DNA of 63,995 nt, the filler included, from Hyphochytrium catenoides (lineage: Eukaryota; Protista; Hyphochytriomycota): the NCBI GenBank assembly GCA_900088475.1. It is 12 parts of 12 records of this genome, joined end to end, with 100 filler letters (N's around TTAATTAATTAA, not from the genome) between each part and the next. Parts side by side here need not be neighbours in the genome. Positions count along the whole stretch, not along the records: positions 1 to 12,665 come from FLMG01001464.1; 11 more parts are not named here. The stretch is one strand, 5' to 3'. The position numbers and the translations under genes were made by a program. The notes under the pieces were generated by a model that was not told where the DNA came from, made no database searches, and saw nothing but the letters and a program-made list of their open reading frames with translations. Positions 1-10,672 of this stretch are shown here, piece after piece (the stretch's first letter is position 1; every line of letters begins with the position of its first letter).

Positions 1-50
1 TCTCTCTCTCTCTCTCTCTCTCTCTCTCGACCCGCCTCATCAACAGTCTC

Positions 51-72
51 ACACGTTACATGGTAGCTGAGC
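51..72 (+). mobile_element. LTR 3' end (...GTTACA) followed directly by a primer-binding site TGGTAGCTGAGC (initiator tRNA-Met type)
   Basis: acacgttaca|tggtagctgagc: CA-ending LTR terminus abutting a TGG-starting PBS similar to the TGGTA(G/T)CAGAGC tRNAi-Met consensus, about 300 bp upstream of a gag-like ORF. Confidence 0.6.
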
Positions 73-304
73 TTAACAACCTCGGGTCTTGTGCTTTTGT
101 GGTTTGTTGATCTCTCTCTTCCATGCCCTTGTGTGCGTACTACGTCGACGTCGTTGTTTGTGACAAGCGTGGTCGGGGTACTGTACAGTAACTCAAGGCC
201 TTAGGTCGTGGTTCTCGTTGTCTGCCCGGTTATTACTTAGGAAGGAAGGCGCGGTAACGGAAGTGTCCAGACAGCGCTGCTTGGAGCCCATCGTAGACTT
301 CATC

Positions 305-548
305 CGCCGCCGCCGCCGCCGGTCACACGCCAGCAGTCGGCTGTCAGCGCTGGCCGGGTGACGGCGCTGGAGCATCAGGTTGCTCAATGGGAAAGCCAGG
401 GTCAGACTCTGGGCTCTTGGAGCTCATCGCAGCGCTCATCCGCGCCGCCGCCGCCGGCTCACACGCAAGCAGTCGGCTGTCAGCGCTGGCCGGGTGACGG
501 CGCTGGAGCATCAGGTTGCTCAATGGGAAAGCCAGGGTCAGACTCTGG
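305..548 (+). repeat. Direct duplication of about 105 bp at the 5' end of gag
   Basis: ccgccgccgg(c)tcacacgc..agcagtcggctgtcagcgctggccgggtgacggcgctggagcatcaggttgctcaatgggaaagccagggtcagactctgg occurs at ~305-411 and ~444-548. Confidence 0.9.
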
Positions 549-1550
549 CTATGATCCTGAGCGGCTTTCAGGACCAACGTCAGGCGAATGCTGCCCATCT
601 TGACGATCTCAAGTCTTTCTCCGGACAAGAAGACCGAGAGCGACGCCAGCATGTTCAACGTCCCCGCGCCACGGCAAAGACCCAGCTAGTCTTGTTGACT
701 CCCACCGAGAAGGTAGGCATCAAGGTGGTGACACAAGGAACCATCCAAGGCAAGTTGGAAGGATATTTCACACCTGCTGCAGCTCAAAAGCAGCACGTGT
801 TTGCGGATGATGATGAGCGCCCGCGGCTTGCTGCCCCGCACAACAGTGCAGTGAAGTTGGAGCGTTTAATAACAGGCATGAGTCTGTCAACCCTGGAAGA
901 CGCAGACCCACAGAGTGATGACGCTTCGGAGGCAGACGAGGGCGAGGAGATGGGGATTGCTTCGCAAGGGATCAAGCCGGCCTCGCGCCACTGGGACTTG
1001 ACGAAGCTGATCCACAAGCCCACGGAGTTTCGCGGCGGTGCAGCTGCTTCTGCTCTCGCCACCATTCAATGGGTGCGGGCGATGGCCAAGTTCCTCTCTC
1101 TGCAGGGCGATTTGGAGGGGGTAACTAGAGACACGCTTGCCACGAGCTACCTCAAGGACAAGGCGGAATCCTGGCTTCATGCGTGGCTGCAGTCACGCGC
1201 GACCAAAGGGCACCAGACGCAGGCAACGTGGAGTGAGCTCGCGAAGGCACTGCTGAAGAAGCACAAGTGCCACCTCTTAAGAGGTAAGGTCCCACCGGCA
1301 ACTTTCCTTGATGCAGCCTTGCAAAAAGGAAAAAATGTTGAACGATGCCTCAAGGAGTTCGACAACTTGCGCCTCAATTGCTCCAGCATGATGGAGGAGG
1401 TGCTGATGCAGCGACTGTACGACCTCGCCAGTGGAGTCCATCATATCTATGAGAAGACGCAGGTGGAGTTCTACTCCTTCAAGTCCGTGGATGACATGTT
1501 GGACCGTCTGTATGACTTGGAGGAGGTACACTTTCAAGCCTATGGCGTTG
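380..1550 (+). mobile_element. gag: Ty3/gypsy-type LTR retrotransposon gag-like coding region, copy 1 (3' truncated)
   Basis: KPTEFRG...W...ATSYLKDKAESWLHAW...TWSELAKALLKKH...NVERCLKEF resembles the Retrotrans_gag capsid pattern; PBS upstream; no protease or RT follows. Confidence 0.7.
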
Positions 1551-1569
1551 GCGTGGGAGTCTCCTTGGT

Positions 1570-2283
1570 GACGGTCCAACATGTCATCCACGGACCTAAA
1601 GGTATAGAACTCCACCTGCGTGTTCTCATAGATATGAGGGACTCCGATGGTGAGGCCATACAGCCGCTGCATCAGCACCTCCTCCTTCATGCTGGAGCAA
1701 TTGAGGCGCAAGTTGTCGAACTCTCTAAGGTACCGTTCGACATTTTCGTCCCTTTTGCAACGCTGCATCAAGGAAAGTTGCCGGCGGGACCTCTCTTCCA
1801 GGAGGTGGCACTTGTGCTTCTTCAGCAGTGCCTTTGCAAGTTCACTCCAAGTTGCCTGCGTCCGGTTCCCTCTGTTCGCCCGTGACTGCAGCCACGCGTG
1901 GAGCCAGGATTCCGCCTTATCTTTGAGGTAGCTCGAGGCAAGTGTGCCGCTAGTCACGCCGTCCAGATCCCCCTGGAGATAGAGGAACTTGTCCATCGCC
2001 CTCCCCCACGGAATGGTGGCGAGAGCAGAAGCAGCCGCAGCACCGCGAAACTCCGTGGGCTTGTGGATCAACTTCGTCAAGTTCCAGTGGCGCGAGGGCG
2101 GCTTGATCCCCCAATCCCCATCTCCACGCCCTCGTCTGCCTCCGAAGCGTCATCACTCTGACGGTCGGCGTCTTTCAGGGTTGACAGGCCCATGCCTGTT
2201 ATTAAGCGGCATATTGTTGCTCTGGCGCCTTCTTCCATGTTGTCTAGCTGCAGCTGCAGTGGCGCACTTCCTTCTTTGAGCAA
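1570..2283 (-). mobile_element. gag: Inverted second gag copy, frameshifted near 2110
   Basis: TKLIHKPTEFRGAAAASALATIPWGRAMDKFLYLQGDLDGV...EERSRRQLSLMQRCKRDENVERYLREF; 1570-2208 is the diverged reverse complement of 863-1508. Confidence 0.75.
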
Positions 2284-4094
2284 TAGAAAGATCTAACTCT
2301 CTCACTCTGCAGCAGCTACTCTATGAGCACGTGGTGAGTCAGTAGCAATACGTTCTAGCTTAATAACCCTGGCCACAGGGAAGGTAAGCCTCATTATTAA
2401 TTAGACCGAGCACCCGACCGACCGTCTGCTGCGGAGGCTCCAACACACTGAGACGACAGGAGAAGTTGAGCTTTTATTTTCGAGTGCAAGCCACAGAGCA
2501 GCAGAGCTCGACCGTCTAAAGGACCTCTTTCTTTCTTCCTGGCTGTGTCTCATTATGCTGTGCTGTATATAGCTTAGGCGCAACCACTCCGCTGCTGTTC
2601 AAAGCTTCCGCGCCACCCATTGCTGCCCTGCAACAAGCTCTTGACGCCACCTATCATTGGGGCTGGGCTGCCAACCAACAACGTCACGCCACCCGCGTAC
2701 TAAGGATTAGCTCTACCTCCTCACACAGCATGCAGATCTTCCACCACGTTCAGATAGTGATAATCCATACACCTAAAGACTGGAGATCAGAATGGAGCAG
2801 AAGATTGTGGAGAGGCAACATGGATGAGCAGGTGCCTTTCAAACGTCGTGGTGGCTCGTGGTAGACGTCTGAGTCATCCTGGTTGGTGTTAGCTCCGCGC
2901 TGACGAAGAAAGAATGTCGACGCCTTCATCTTCTTCTGATTGTCTCACTTTTGCAACCCGGACGACCCTCAACTGCAGCAGACTCACCTGCTGACTGCGG
3001 CGATGCGAGACTGCGCCGTATAGTTAAAGCTTTCAGCCTGCCAATGGTGGTCTGCCAAGAGCTTGTCGTCGCCGCTGCGACTTGAGTCTCGGGTGGTAAC
3101 CCCGAAAGACGCTGCTGGTCATCCCACAGAAGGAAGATCTCTGTTCCAAGCTTGCGGAGAATCACTGCCGCCAGGCTCATAAGGGTAGAGCGCGTCATGG
3201 CACTTGTACCCTGAGAACGAAGGTGCCATGACGCTCTCTCTTACTACTCTACTTGGGCCATATTTCTCAGAAAAGTAAGAGAGAGCGCCTTCTCGTTGTT
3301 GTCCTGGGTCGCCAGATGTGCAAAGAGGATACCGGGTTCCTCATCATGGATATCACCGTCAGGAGCCTTAGTGGAGTGGAGCTCCCATCCTCTCCTCCAA
3401 TGTCGCGGCCCAGGACAACGGCAACAAGGCGCTCTTACCTTCGCTGAGGAGCAACCATCAGATGATCGGAAGTGAATTGCCTACTTCCTCGTCGATCGTC
3501 ATAAGAAGTGTCAAAAGTTCTTCAGACTTTTTTTGCCCGTGTGCGCCTCGCCGTGATCTGACATCCTTACCCGGCCTGCTGACGGGGATCTGATGAGGTT
3601 ATTACTCCGCTCGCTTGCATACTTCGTCATCAGGATACCGTCATATGGCGGCACTTTCGCGCCGAGTTGACGGAACAGAGGAGATGATCATTGTCTCACT
3701 TCTCTCATGCTGCATCGCTGACCGTAAGGCCCGTTCTCTAGAGATATCTTCTCGTTGGCGTGCGGTCACTCTGTCTCTCAGAGTAAGAGGACGAATGAGA
3801 GCGTCGCCCTAAGGAGACGGACGGCTGGCAGGCATCTCTCCTGATGTCTCTGCTATCTCAATGTTGCTGCTATGACGGACAAGGAAAGCTGTAGGGAACT
3901 GATAAGATAAGCGCTGGGCCGGGCCAGGAGAGGGCGATCAGCAAACCAAAGAACAGCAGCAGCGTCATTGACTTGTGAATATATTTGTTCTCATAGAAGA
4001 GACTCTCTCCTTTAGCGCTGTCCCGGTCAACTCTCGTCTCTTCCAGAGAGGCGACGAGGAGAGACCGGACTTAATCTATCTTTCGATGCAGCCT

Positions 4095-4410
4095 TCAACT
4101 GCTCAATCAACTCTTCTCTCTCTCTCTCTTTCTCTCTCTCCAGGCTGCCAGTCCTTTCCTTCATCTGACTGGAATGTCTTTTCTCTCTCTCTCTCTCCAG
4201 GCTGCCAGTCTCTTTCCTTCATCTGGACTGGAATCAACTCTTCTCTCTCTCTCTCTCTTTCTCTCTCGCCAGGCTGTCCTTTCGTTTATCTGGACTGGAA
4301 TGTCTTTTCTCTCTCTCTCTCTCTCCAGGCTGCCAGTCTCTTTCCTTCATCTGGACTGGCTTCAACTCTTCTCTCTCTCTCTCTCTCTTTTCAGGCTGCC
4401 AGCCTCTTTC
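4095..4410 (+). repeat. Minisatellite, about 5 units of ~60-70 bp: (CT)n-CAGGCTGCCAGTC(TC)TTTCCTTCATCTGGACTGGAAT
   Basis: caggctg core at ~4141, 4198, 4270, 4327 and 4392. Confidence 0.85.
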
Positions 4411-4715
4411 CTCCTCTTCAGGTGATCAAGAGCTGGGACGGGGAAGCCCCACATCAGGGGCCTGGGGAAGCAGGAGAGAAAGATGGTGCTCCACACACGA
4501 GGAGAAGAAGGGGCAACAACAAGCTCTGCTCGTCCTTTTTTCCTTCTTCTCTCCCATCTCCAGGCGGCCTGGCATCATCAGGAAGGCTCTGTACCAGCCG
4601 CCGGGCCGCGCCCTGCTTGCCACGTCCTCGTTCTTCCTCTTTGACCATTCCTCAAAGGCAGAGCAGCTTCTTTTCCTGACCGGGCCGCCAATGCTGGTGC
4701 TCGTTTTCCTCTTTC

Positions 4716-4755
<40 letters not shown>

Positions 4756-5118
4756 GTCCTCTCTCTTTCTCTGCCTCTCTTCTTTCTCTGTTCTCTCTCT
4801 CTTCCTCCGCAGGTAGGGCCGACCGGTGGCTAATAGACTAATGGAGAGACTGGACCGGAGTTTCGGACGACGAAGAATCTTTCTCCTCAAAAAGAGAGAG
4901 AAAAAGCTTCTGCAGCGATGGAATAGGAGAGAGAAAGATTCGTTGGCTTTATATTTTATTAGCTGTAGTTCTACTGTTCTGATGATGACTCCTCCCCTCT
5001 TTCAGGAGAGAGACAGTACGAGAAGGGACGTGTGCCCGTGTTATTATTCCTACCGCACGTGTGTCTTATGAGAGTTCTCTTCTTTCTCTTTCTCCGTTTT
5101 TCCTCTCTCTCTCTCTCG

Positions 5119-5151
<33 letters not shown>

Positions 5152-5200
5152 CCTTCATCTCTCTCTCTCTTCCACATCTGTCTTCTGTCACTCTCTCTCT

Positions 5201-5242
<42 letters not shown>

Positions 5243-6179
5243 TCTTGCTTCTCTCTTCTCTTTTCTCTCTCTCTCTCTCTCTCCCCCTCCCATCTCTCTC
5301 TCTCTTCCATATCTGTCTCGTGTTACTCTCTCTCTTCCTCGTCTTCTCTCTTTCCCCTCTCTTACTCTCTCCCTGTTCCTTTTCTCTCTCTCTTTTCCTT
5401 CTCTCGTCATGTCTCTCCGCCCACATTCTCCATCTCTACCTCTCTTCGTCTTGCGGTACCTCTTGGCACTTCAGTAAAGGTATAAAGCCTTACTCTGTCT
5501 GCCTCATATCCTCTCTGTCTCGTCTCTATCTCCTCCGCTCCCACTGCTCGTCCCACTTGGAACAACTTCCCACCAGGGAAACAGAAGACGTGCCTTCCCT
5601 CCCTGAATATTCGCCGCCTACCCTTATAAGGCCCCGATCCTTTCTTCAGAAATATCCGAAGATAGTCCGGCTGCCCTCCCTCATGCACCCACCTCGCTGC
5701 TCCACCTCACAGCACATCTCTGGCCCACCCACCCCGGCCTAAGGTCGTTTATGCCCCTCATTTAACGCCGTCCGCCCTCCTTCAACCACACCGCTTGCCT
5801 GTTTCCAGGCCCACCCATCCGTTGGTGTTATGTGCCTTTCAAACCTTCGGCCAACCAATTTCTTATATTCGGCCAGTCACGGCGAGGACAATGGAGCGCT
5901 ACGTGAGGGAGACAAAATGTCTCAGACCAACCCCAAAAACCAAAAAGAAACCTCTACAAACAACTTGTTTAATTTTACAGCCTTCGTTATTCGTTATTCG
6001 TCTTATCGGGCACCCGAAAGTGTTTCGAACTTCAAGCTGACAGCAAAATGGTTGCCGAAAACAACAAGTCTGGCCGTTAGCGGTTTAATTTGTGCTTATA
6101 TAGGGACGGCTGAAGGGTGGGTGGGACGAACAGGAAAGATATGAATCGAGCAGCAGACGCGTTTTTGACACGAGAAAAG

Positions 6180-6216
<37 letters not shown>

Positions 6217-6453
6217 AACGACGGAGACAGAGAGACAGAGACAGAGAGAGACACATAAAGGAGGGAGAAACAGAGAGAAACACAGATAGACAGAGAGAGA
6301 AAGAGAGAAAGAGAGAAAGAGAAAGTGAGAAACAGAGAGAGAGACGTACTATTATTCCCAGGTGCCGCCAAGGACCAAAAAGTGGAGTCAGAAAGCAGCG
6401 TGGCACACCAGCATAGCCTTCTCCACATACTGTAACAGAGTAGCCAAAGCGGA

Positions 6454-6518
<65 letters not shown>

Positions 6519-7302
6519 AAGATTGCATAAAGCAGAAGCGGGTCCGTGGACATTCTACCGCCGTCCTTCTTCTCTTCTCTGCGCCGATGCTCTGGGGCTG
6601 GTAGTTCTATCTCTCTCTCCTCTTAGCCAGCACTGCCTGCCCAGCTGGTGGAGCCAAGAACGACTTAGTCTCTCTCTCGATCCATCGTCTTTCTGCGCCC
6701 ACCAAGCGGCAGCGGCCCGCTTGCCATCGAAGAGAGAGAAAGAGAAAGACTTTGCAAGAAAGAGAGAGATCGTGAGAAGAGGAAGAAAGAGAAAGTTCTG
6801 CATCTCTTGCCACATATCCTTCAGTCCATTCCACGCCTTTTGTGCCTTTGCTCCTTTTCATTCTCCGCCATTCTCCGCCAATCTTCTCTCTCTCTCTCTC
6901 TCTCTCGTCTCTCTCTCTCCCGTCTCTCTCTCTGAAGTTTCCTGACAACCTCAGCCGCGCTCTCTCGGACTTACTTTCTTTTTCTGCTCTTCACATTCTC
7001 TCTCTCTTTTTCTCTAATCTTCTTTCCTGGTGCCGCGCTACCTCCCCTATTTTCTTGTCTCTCTCTCTCTCTCTCGCTCTCTCTCTCCAAAAAAATCTGC
7101 GCAAGAGAGACAGCAAAAGAGATCACCGCGCCAACTTTTTCTGACACCTCTTTCCTCTTCTCTTGGCGCGGATGCTTCCATGGCCAGTCCCGCCGTGGGG
7201 CCGCGCGCTGGCCGCGTCCTAAGGCTCCTCAGGGCCTGGACTGGACTCCTGGCAGCGCAGGAAGGCGCTGGATAACTTAACTTCGCTTTCCTCTTGCCGT
7301 GT

Positions 7303-7342
<40 letters not shown>

Positions 7343-7368
7343 CGTGTGTCTCTCGGTTCAGGGGCAGA

Positions 7369-9132
7369 ATGGACGTTGTCTTCGATCAGACGCCGGTGGG
7401 GCTGCTCATCTCCACGCTGGACGGCCGATGGAACCGCGTGAATCGCAAGCTGTCAGAGCTCCTAGGCTTCTCTTCAGAAGAGCTGCTCTATTATATGGGA
7501 CCGGACCTTGGCGGACGCAGGCGCCGCCTGCTCCACAACGAACAGACGGGGCAGCGCGCGGTCCGCAGGCGGCTCTTGAGCTCTCACCCAGCCGCAGGGA
7601 CAGCCACAGGGACAGCAGATAGAGGCAGATCAGCGGACGGCGTAGTGTCACTCAGGGCTGGGCTATCCTCCTCCAGGGCCGAGAGCCAGTCTGTCCGCGG
7701 CTGCCAAGTGCAAGCGTCCGGGGGCGAGCAGGAGGCCAGGCGCCTCGCTGTGAGCAGTCTGATGGAGTTAGAGATCCGGCCAGGCCGCTATGAGACCAAG
7801 CACTGCAGGCCAGACGGCTCCATGCTCTGGTTAAGGCTGACCTCGTCGGTGGTGAACGATATGGCCGGCCAGCCGCAACATTATATCACTGTCTTTGAGG
7901 ATATTCACATGGACAGACTGAACTTTGAACGCTGGCGACGGACAGAAGGCTGGCTCACACAGGGCTGTGCCCTTGCCTCGATGGGCGTCTGGATGTGGGA
8001 CATCCGCAGCCAGCGGCTCCTCTGGGACAGCACCTGTCATCGCTGCTTTGGCGTGCCCAAGGGCGAGTTCCCTGGGACGATCGAGTTTTTCAATCAGGTC
8101 GTGCATCCGGACGATCTACCGCTGGTCTGGAGGGCCGTCAATGACTCGATCAAGCACGATGTGGACTGCAACGTCAGGTACAGAGTCTTCTGGCCTGACG
8201 GCTCGCTGCATCTCCTGGCCGTGCTGGCCAAGAATGAGTATGATGAGGATGGAGAGGTCCTTCGGATGAACGGCGTCATCGTCGAAGTCCCAAGCTTAGA
8301 GAACCCTACCCCTGGCCTGCTCAAAGGAGCAGGAGACGGCAAGCGGGCACAGACGAGGACAGGATCACCTTCTTCTGCTTCATCATCGACGCATGCTGAG
8401 ACAGCAGGAACTGTTATTGAGGCGCTTGGCCACGCGGTGTGGACAGCCACACCGGACGGGACGATGGACTATTATAACCAAGCTTGGTACGACCTGACAG
8501 GCATCAAGAGTGGCGAGAAGCCACCAAAGAACTTCCTTCCTCTGATGGCGGCAGAAGACTCACGCCAGTTCGTGGAGGATTGGAACACGGCGCTGACCTC
8601 AGGCGAGGGATACGAGCGAGAGCACCGCTTCTGGGACCATGAGAAGAATATGTACCGCTGGTATCTGACCAAGGTTGTCCCTATCAAGGGACCAGACGGG
8701 TCAGTGACCAAGTGGGTCGGCACGTACACGGATATACAGAACCAGAAAGAGGCAGCAGAGAAGAAGACAGAACCAGAAGCAGGGAAGAAAAAGAGTCCTT
8801 CTTCTCTCTCTTCTAGATCAGAGTCTTTGACAGTGTGGGCCGTGGACAGCGACCTTGCCATTCTCTTCTTTGATGATGCGCTCGCGCGGCAGCTTAAGTT
8901 AGAGGTCAGCGCCCTTCGCGGCCGCAGCCTGCTGACGGTGTACAAGGTAGGACAGGACAAGAAGCGGCTGATGAACAGAGCGTTACGAGGAGAGACAGTC
9001 ACCTTCCGATCCACCGTGAATGGCATAAAAGTCGAGACAGAGTGCCATCCGATGGTGAAGGCAACGGAAGATGCAAAAGGAAAGCTTATTGTCGGCGTCC
9101 TAGGCATTGTCACGGTGGATGCGGAGAGATAG
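7369..9132 (+). CDS. Multi-PAS/PAC sensor protein (4 PAS domains, no visible output domain), single long exon
   Basis: VFDQTPVGLLISTLDGRWNRVNRKLSELLGFSSEEL..RPDGSMLWLRL..VFEDI; MGVWMWDI..VHPDD..YRVFWPDGS; VWTATPDGTMDYYNQAWYDLTG..YRWYL..KWVGTYTDI; LTVWAVDSD..RALRGE..GVLGI. ATG at 7369; an upstream exon cannot be excluded. Confidence 0.9.
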   Translation: MDVVFDQTPVGLLISTLDGRWNRVNRKLSELLGFSSEELLYYMGPDLGGRRRRLLHNEQTGQRAVRRRLLSSHPAAGTATGTADRGRSADGVVSLRAGLSSSRAESQSVRGCQVQASGGEQEARRLAVSSLMELEIRPGRYETKHCRPDGSMLWLRLTSSVVNDMAGQPQHYITVFEDIHMDRLNFERWRRTEGWLTQGCALASMGVWMWDIRSQRLLWDSTCHRCFGVPKGEFPGTIEFFNQVVHPDDLPLVWRAVNDSIKHDVDCNVRYRVFWPDGSLHLLAVLAKNEYDEDGEVLRMNGVIVEVPSLENPTPGLLKGAGDGKRAQTRTGSPSSASSSTHAETAGTVIEALGHAVWTATPDGTMDYYNQAWYDLTGIKSGEKPPKNFLPLMAAEDSRQFVEDWNTALTSGEGYEREHRFWDHEKNMYRWYLTKVVPIKGPDGSVTKWVGTYTDIQNQKEAAEKKTEPEAGKKKSPSSLSSRSESLTVWAVDSDLAILFFDDALARQLKLEVSALRGRSLLTVYKVGQDKKRLMNRALRGETVTFRSTVNGIKVETECHPMVKATEDAKGKLIVGVLGIVTVDAER

Positions 9133-9458
9133 ATAACCAGCGATGAGCTCGATGGGCTTGGTCCTGGAGAGTGACAAAGAAAGACACGCAGACAAGGACA
9201 AAGAGAGAGAGGAGAGAGAGAAAGAGTGCGGAAAAGAGAGTTTTCCGCACTAAGAGAAAGAAAGAAAAGGAAGCAGAAGAGAAGGAACAGCAACCGTAAC
9301 TCTTCAGACGACGCACGGGGCAGTTGCGTCCTCCTAATCACTCGTGCTCCTCTCTCTCTCTCCTGCTGCCCAGCCACTCCGCGGGACCACTGTGTCATGA
9401 GCTGAGGAAAGAAGGGTGCCTCTCTTTATTATATATAAGAATCTTAGACTTCAACCCC

Positions 9459-9642
9459 TCAAAACGCGTCTTTCAGAGCCCGAACCCGGGCCAACACCTG
9501 CACCGGGTCCGCTCCGGCCATCCCTACCGCCTGCTGCAGTGACCTCTCGTGGACCTGAGAGAGGGATGAGCAGCGAGAGAAGAGAAGAAGAGAAAGACAC
9601 TAGCCTTAGCATCAGCAACCGAAGGCGGGGAGAAGGAGCGGC

Positions 9643-9673
<31 letters not shown>

Positions 9674-10607
9674 GGGAAGAGAAAGAAGAGAGAGGGAGAG
9701 AGAAGAGCTAGCTTTTACATACTGACTACGAGAGAGAAAGAGAGAGGTGGTCGATTAAGTGGGAAGGGAATGACAATCACGAGACAGATTGTGCAGAACA
9801 AATGCGTAAGGAGGAGAGACCTAGAGAGAGAGAGAGAGAGAGAGACAGACACAGACAGAGAGAGAGAGAAGCTAAGGGAGAGAAACGTGCCAAAGGAATG
9901 GGAAGTAAGAGGCATAGGGAACATATAAAGAGCCAAGCCCGTTCATCCTAAGGAAAACAATGTAGGAGACAGAGTGGTTCCCTCACTCTCAAGAAAGGAT
10001 TGTACGCTCTCTCTTCCTCTAACGTGGACGGTACGGTCGGCTCTCTCTCTTCTCGACGCTGTGCCGCCCACTCAAGCTTCTTTCTGAGCTCCTTGTTCTC
10101 TGGCTCGAGAGTCAGAGCGAAGCGCAGATTGCTGAGAGAATATCTGCGGCAAAGAGTGGAAGAGAGCGTAAGATAAGCTGCAGAGAAAGCGAAGAGAGGC
10201 TTCTTAAAAAGCTCAAAGGCAACCAAGGAAGAGGATAGAAGAAGGGAAACGAGAGCGAGAGAGAGCGAGAGAGGGAGAGAGAGAGAGAGAGAAAGTTAAA
10301 ACAGCAGCGGAGGAAACATCGGTAAGAGGAGTAAGACAAGAGTAAGACAAACTGAGGAGGCAAAGAGAAGCTTCCTAGGGCTTTCAAAAGGGCCAAGAAA
10401 AATAGGAGAGAGAGAGAAAGAGAGAGATAAGGGGAGACGCGTCGTTCAGAGCATTACTCATGTCCACAATAGATCCTTGTCTGAGGCGGTAGAAGGTTGA
10501 TGCTTTTGAAGAGAGAGCTGTACATCTCTTCAGCTCCGCCCTCAAAGAATCGCCCTAGGAAATAGTCCGCAAACATTGTCTGAGCCTTAGCTTTCATTTA
10601 TGAAAAG

Positions 10608-10672
<65 letters not shown>

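Noticed and set aside
1551-1885. C-terminal part of the 501-aa ORF as a real domain
   Set aside because: It is the antisense reading of the inverted gag copy.
2700-3900. pol gene of the upstream gag element
   Set aside because: No protease, RT (YxDD), RNase H or integrase motif recognisable in the frames examined.
4095-4410. CRISPR-like array
   Set aside because: No unique spacers (only CT tracts), no cas genes, eukaryotic context.
4971-6948. Many SLSL/RERE ORFs here and throughout the window
   Set aside because: Stop-free translations of (CT)n/(GA)n microsatellites.
8472-9398. 308-aa minus-strand ORF
   Set aside because: Antisense shadow of the PAS gene plus low-complexity sequence.
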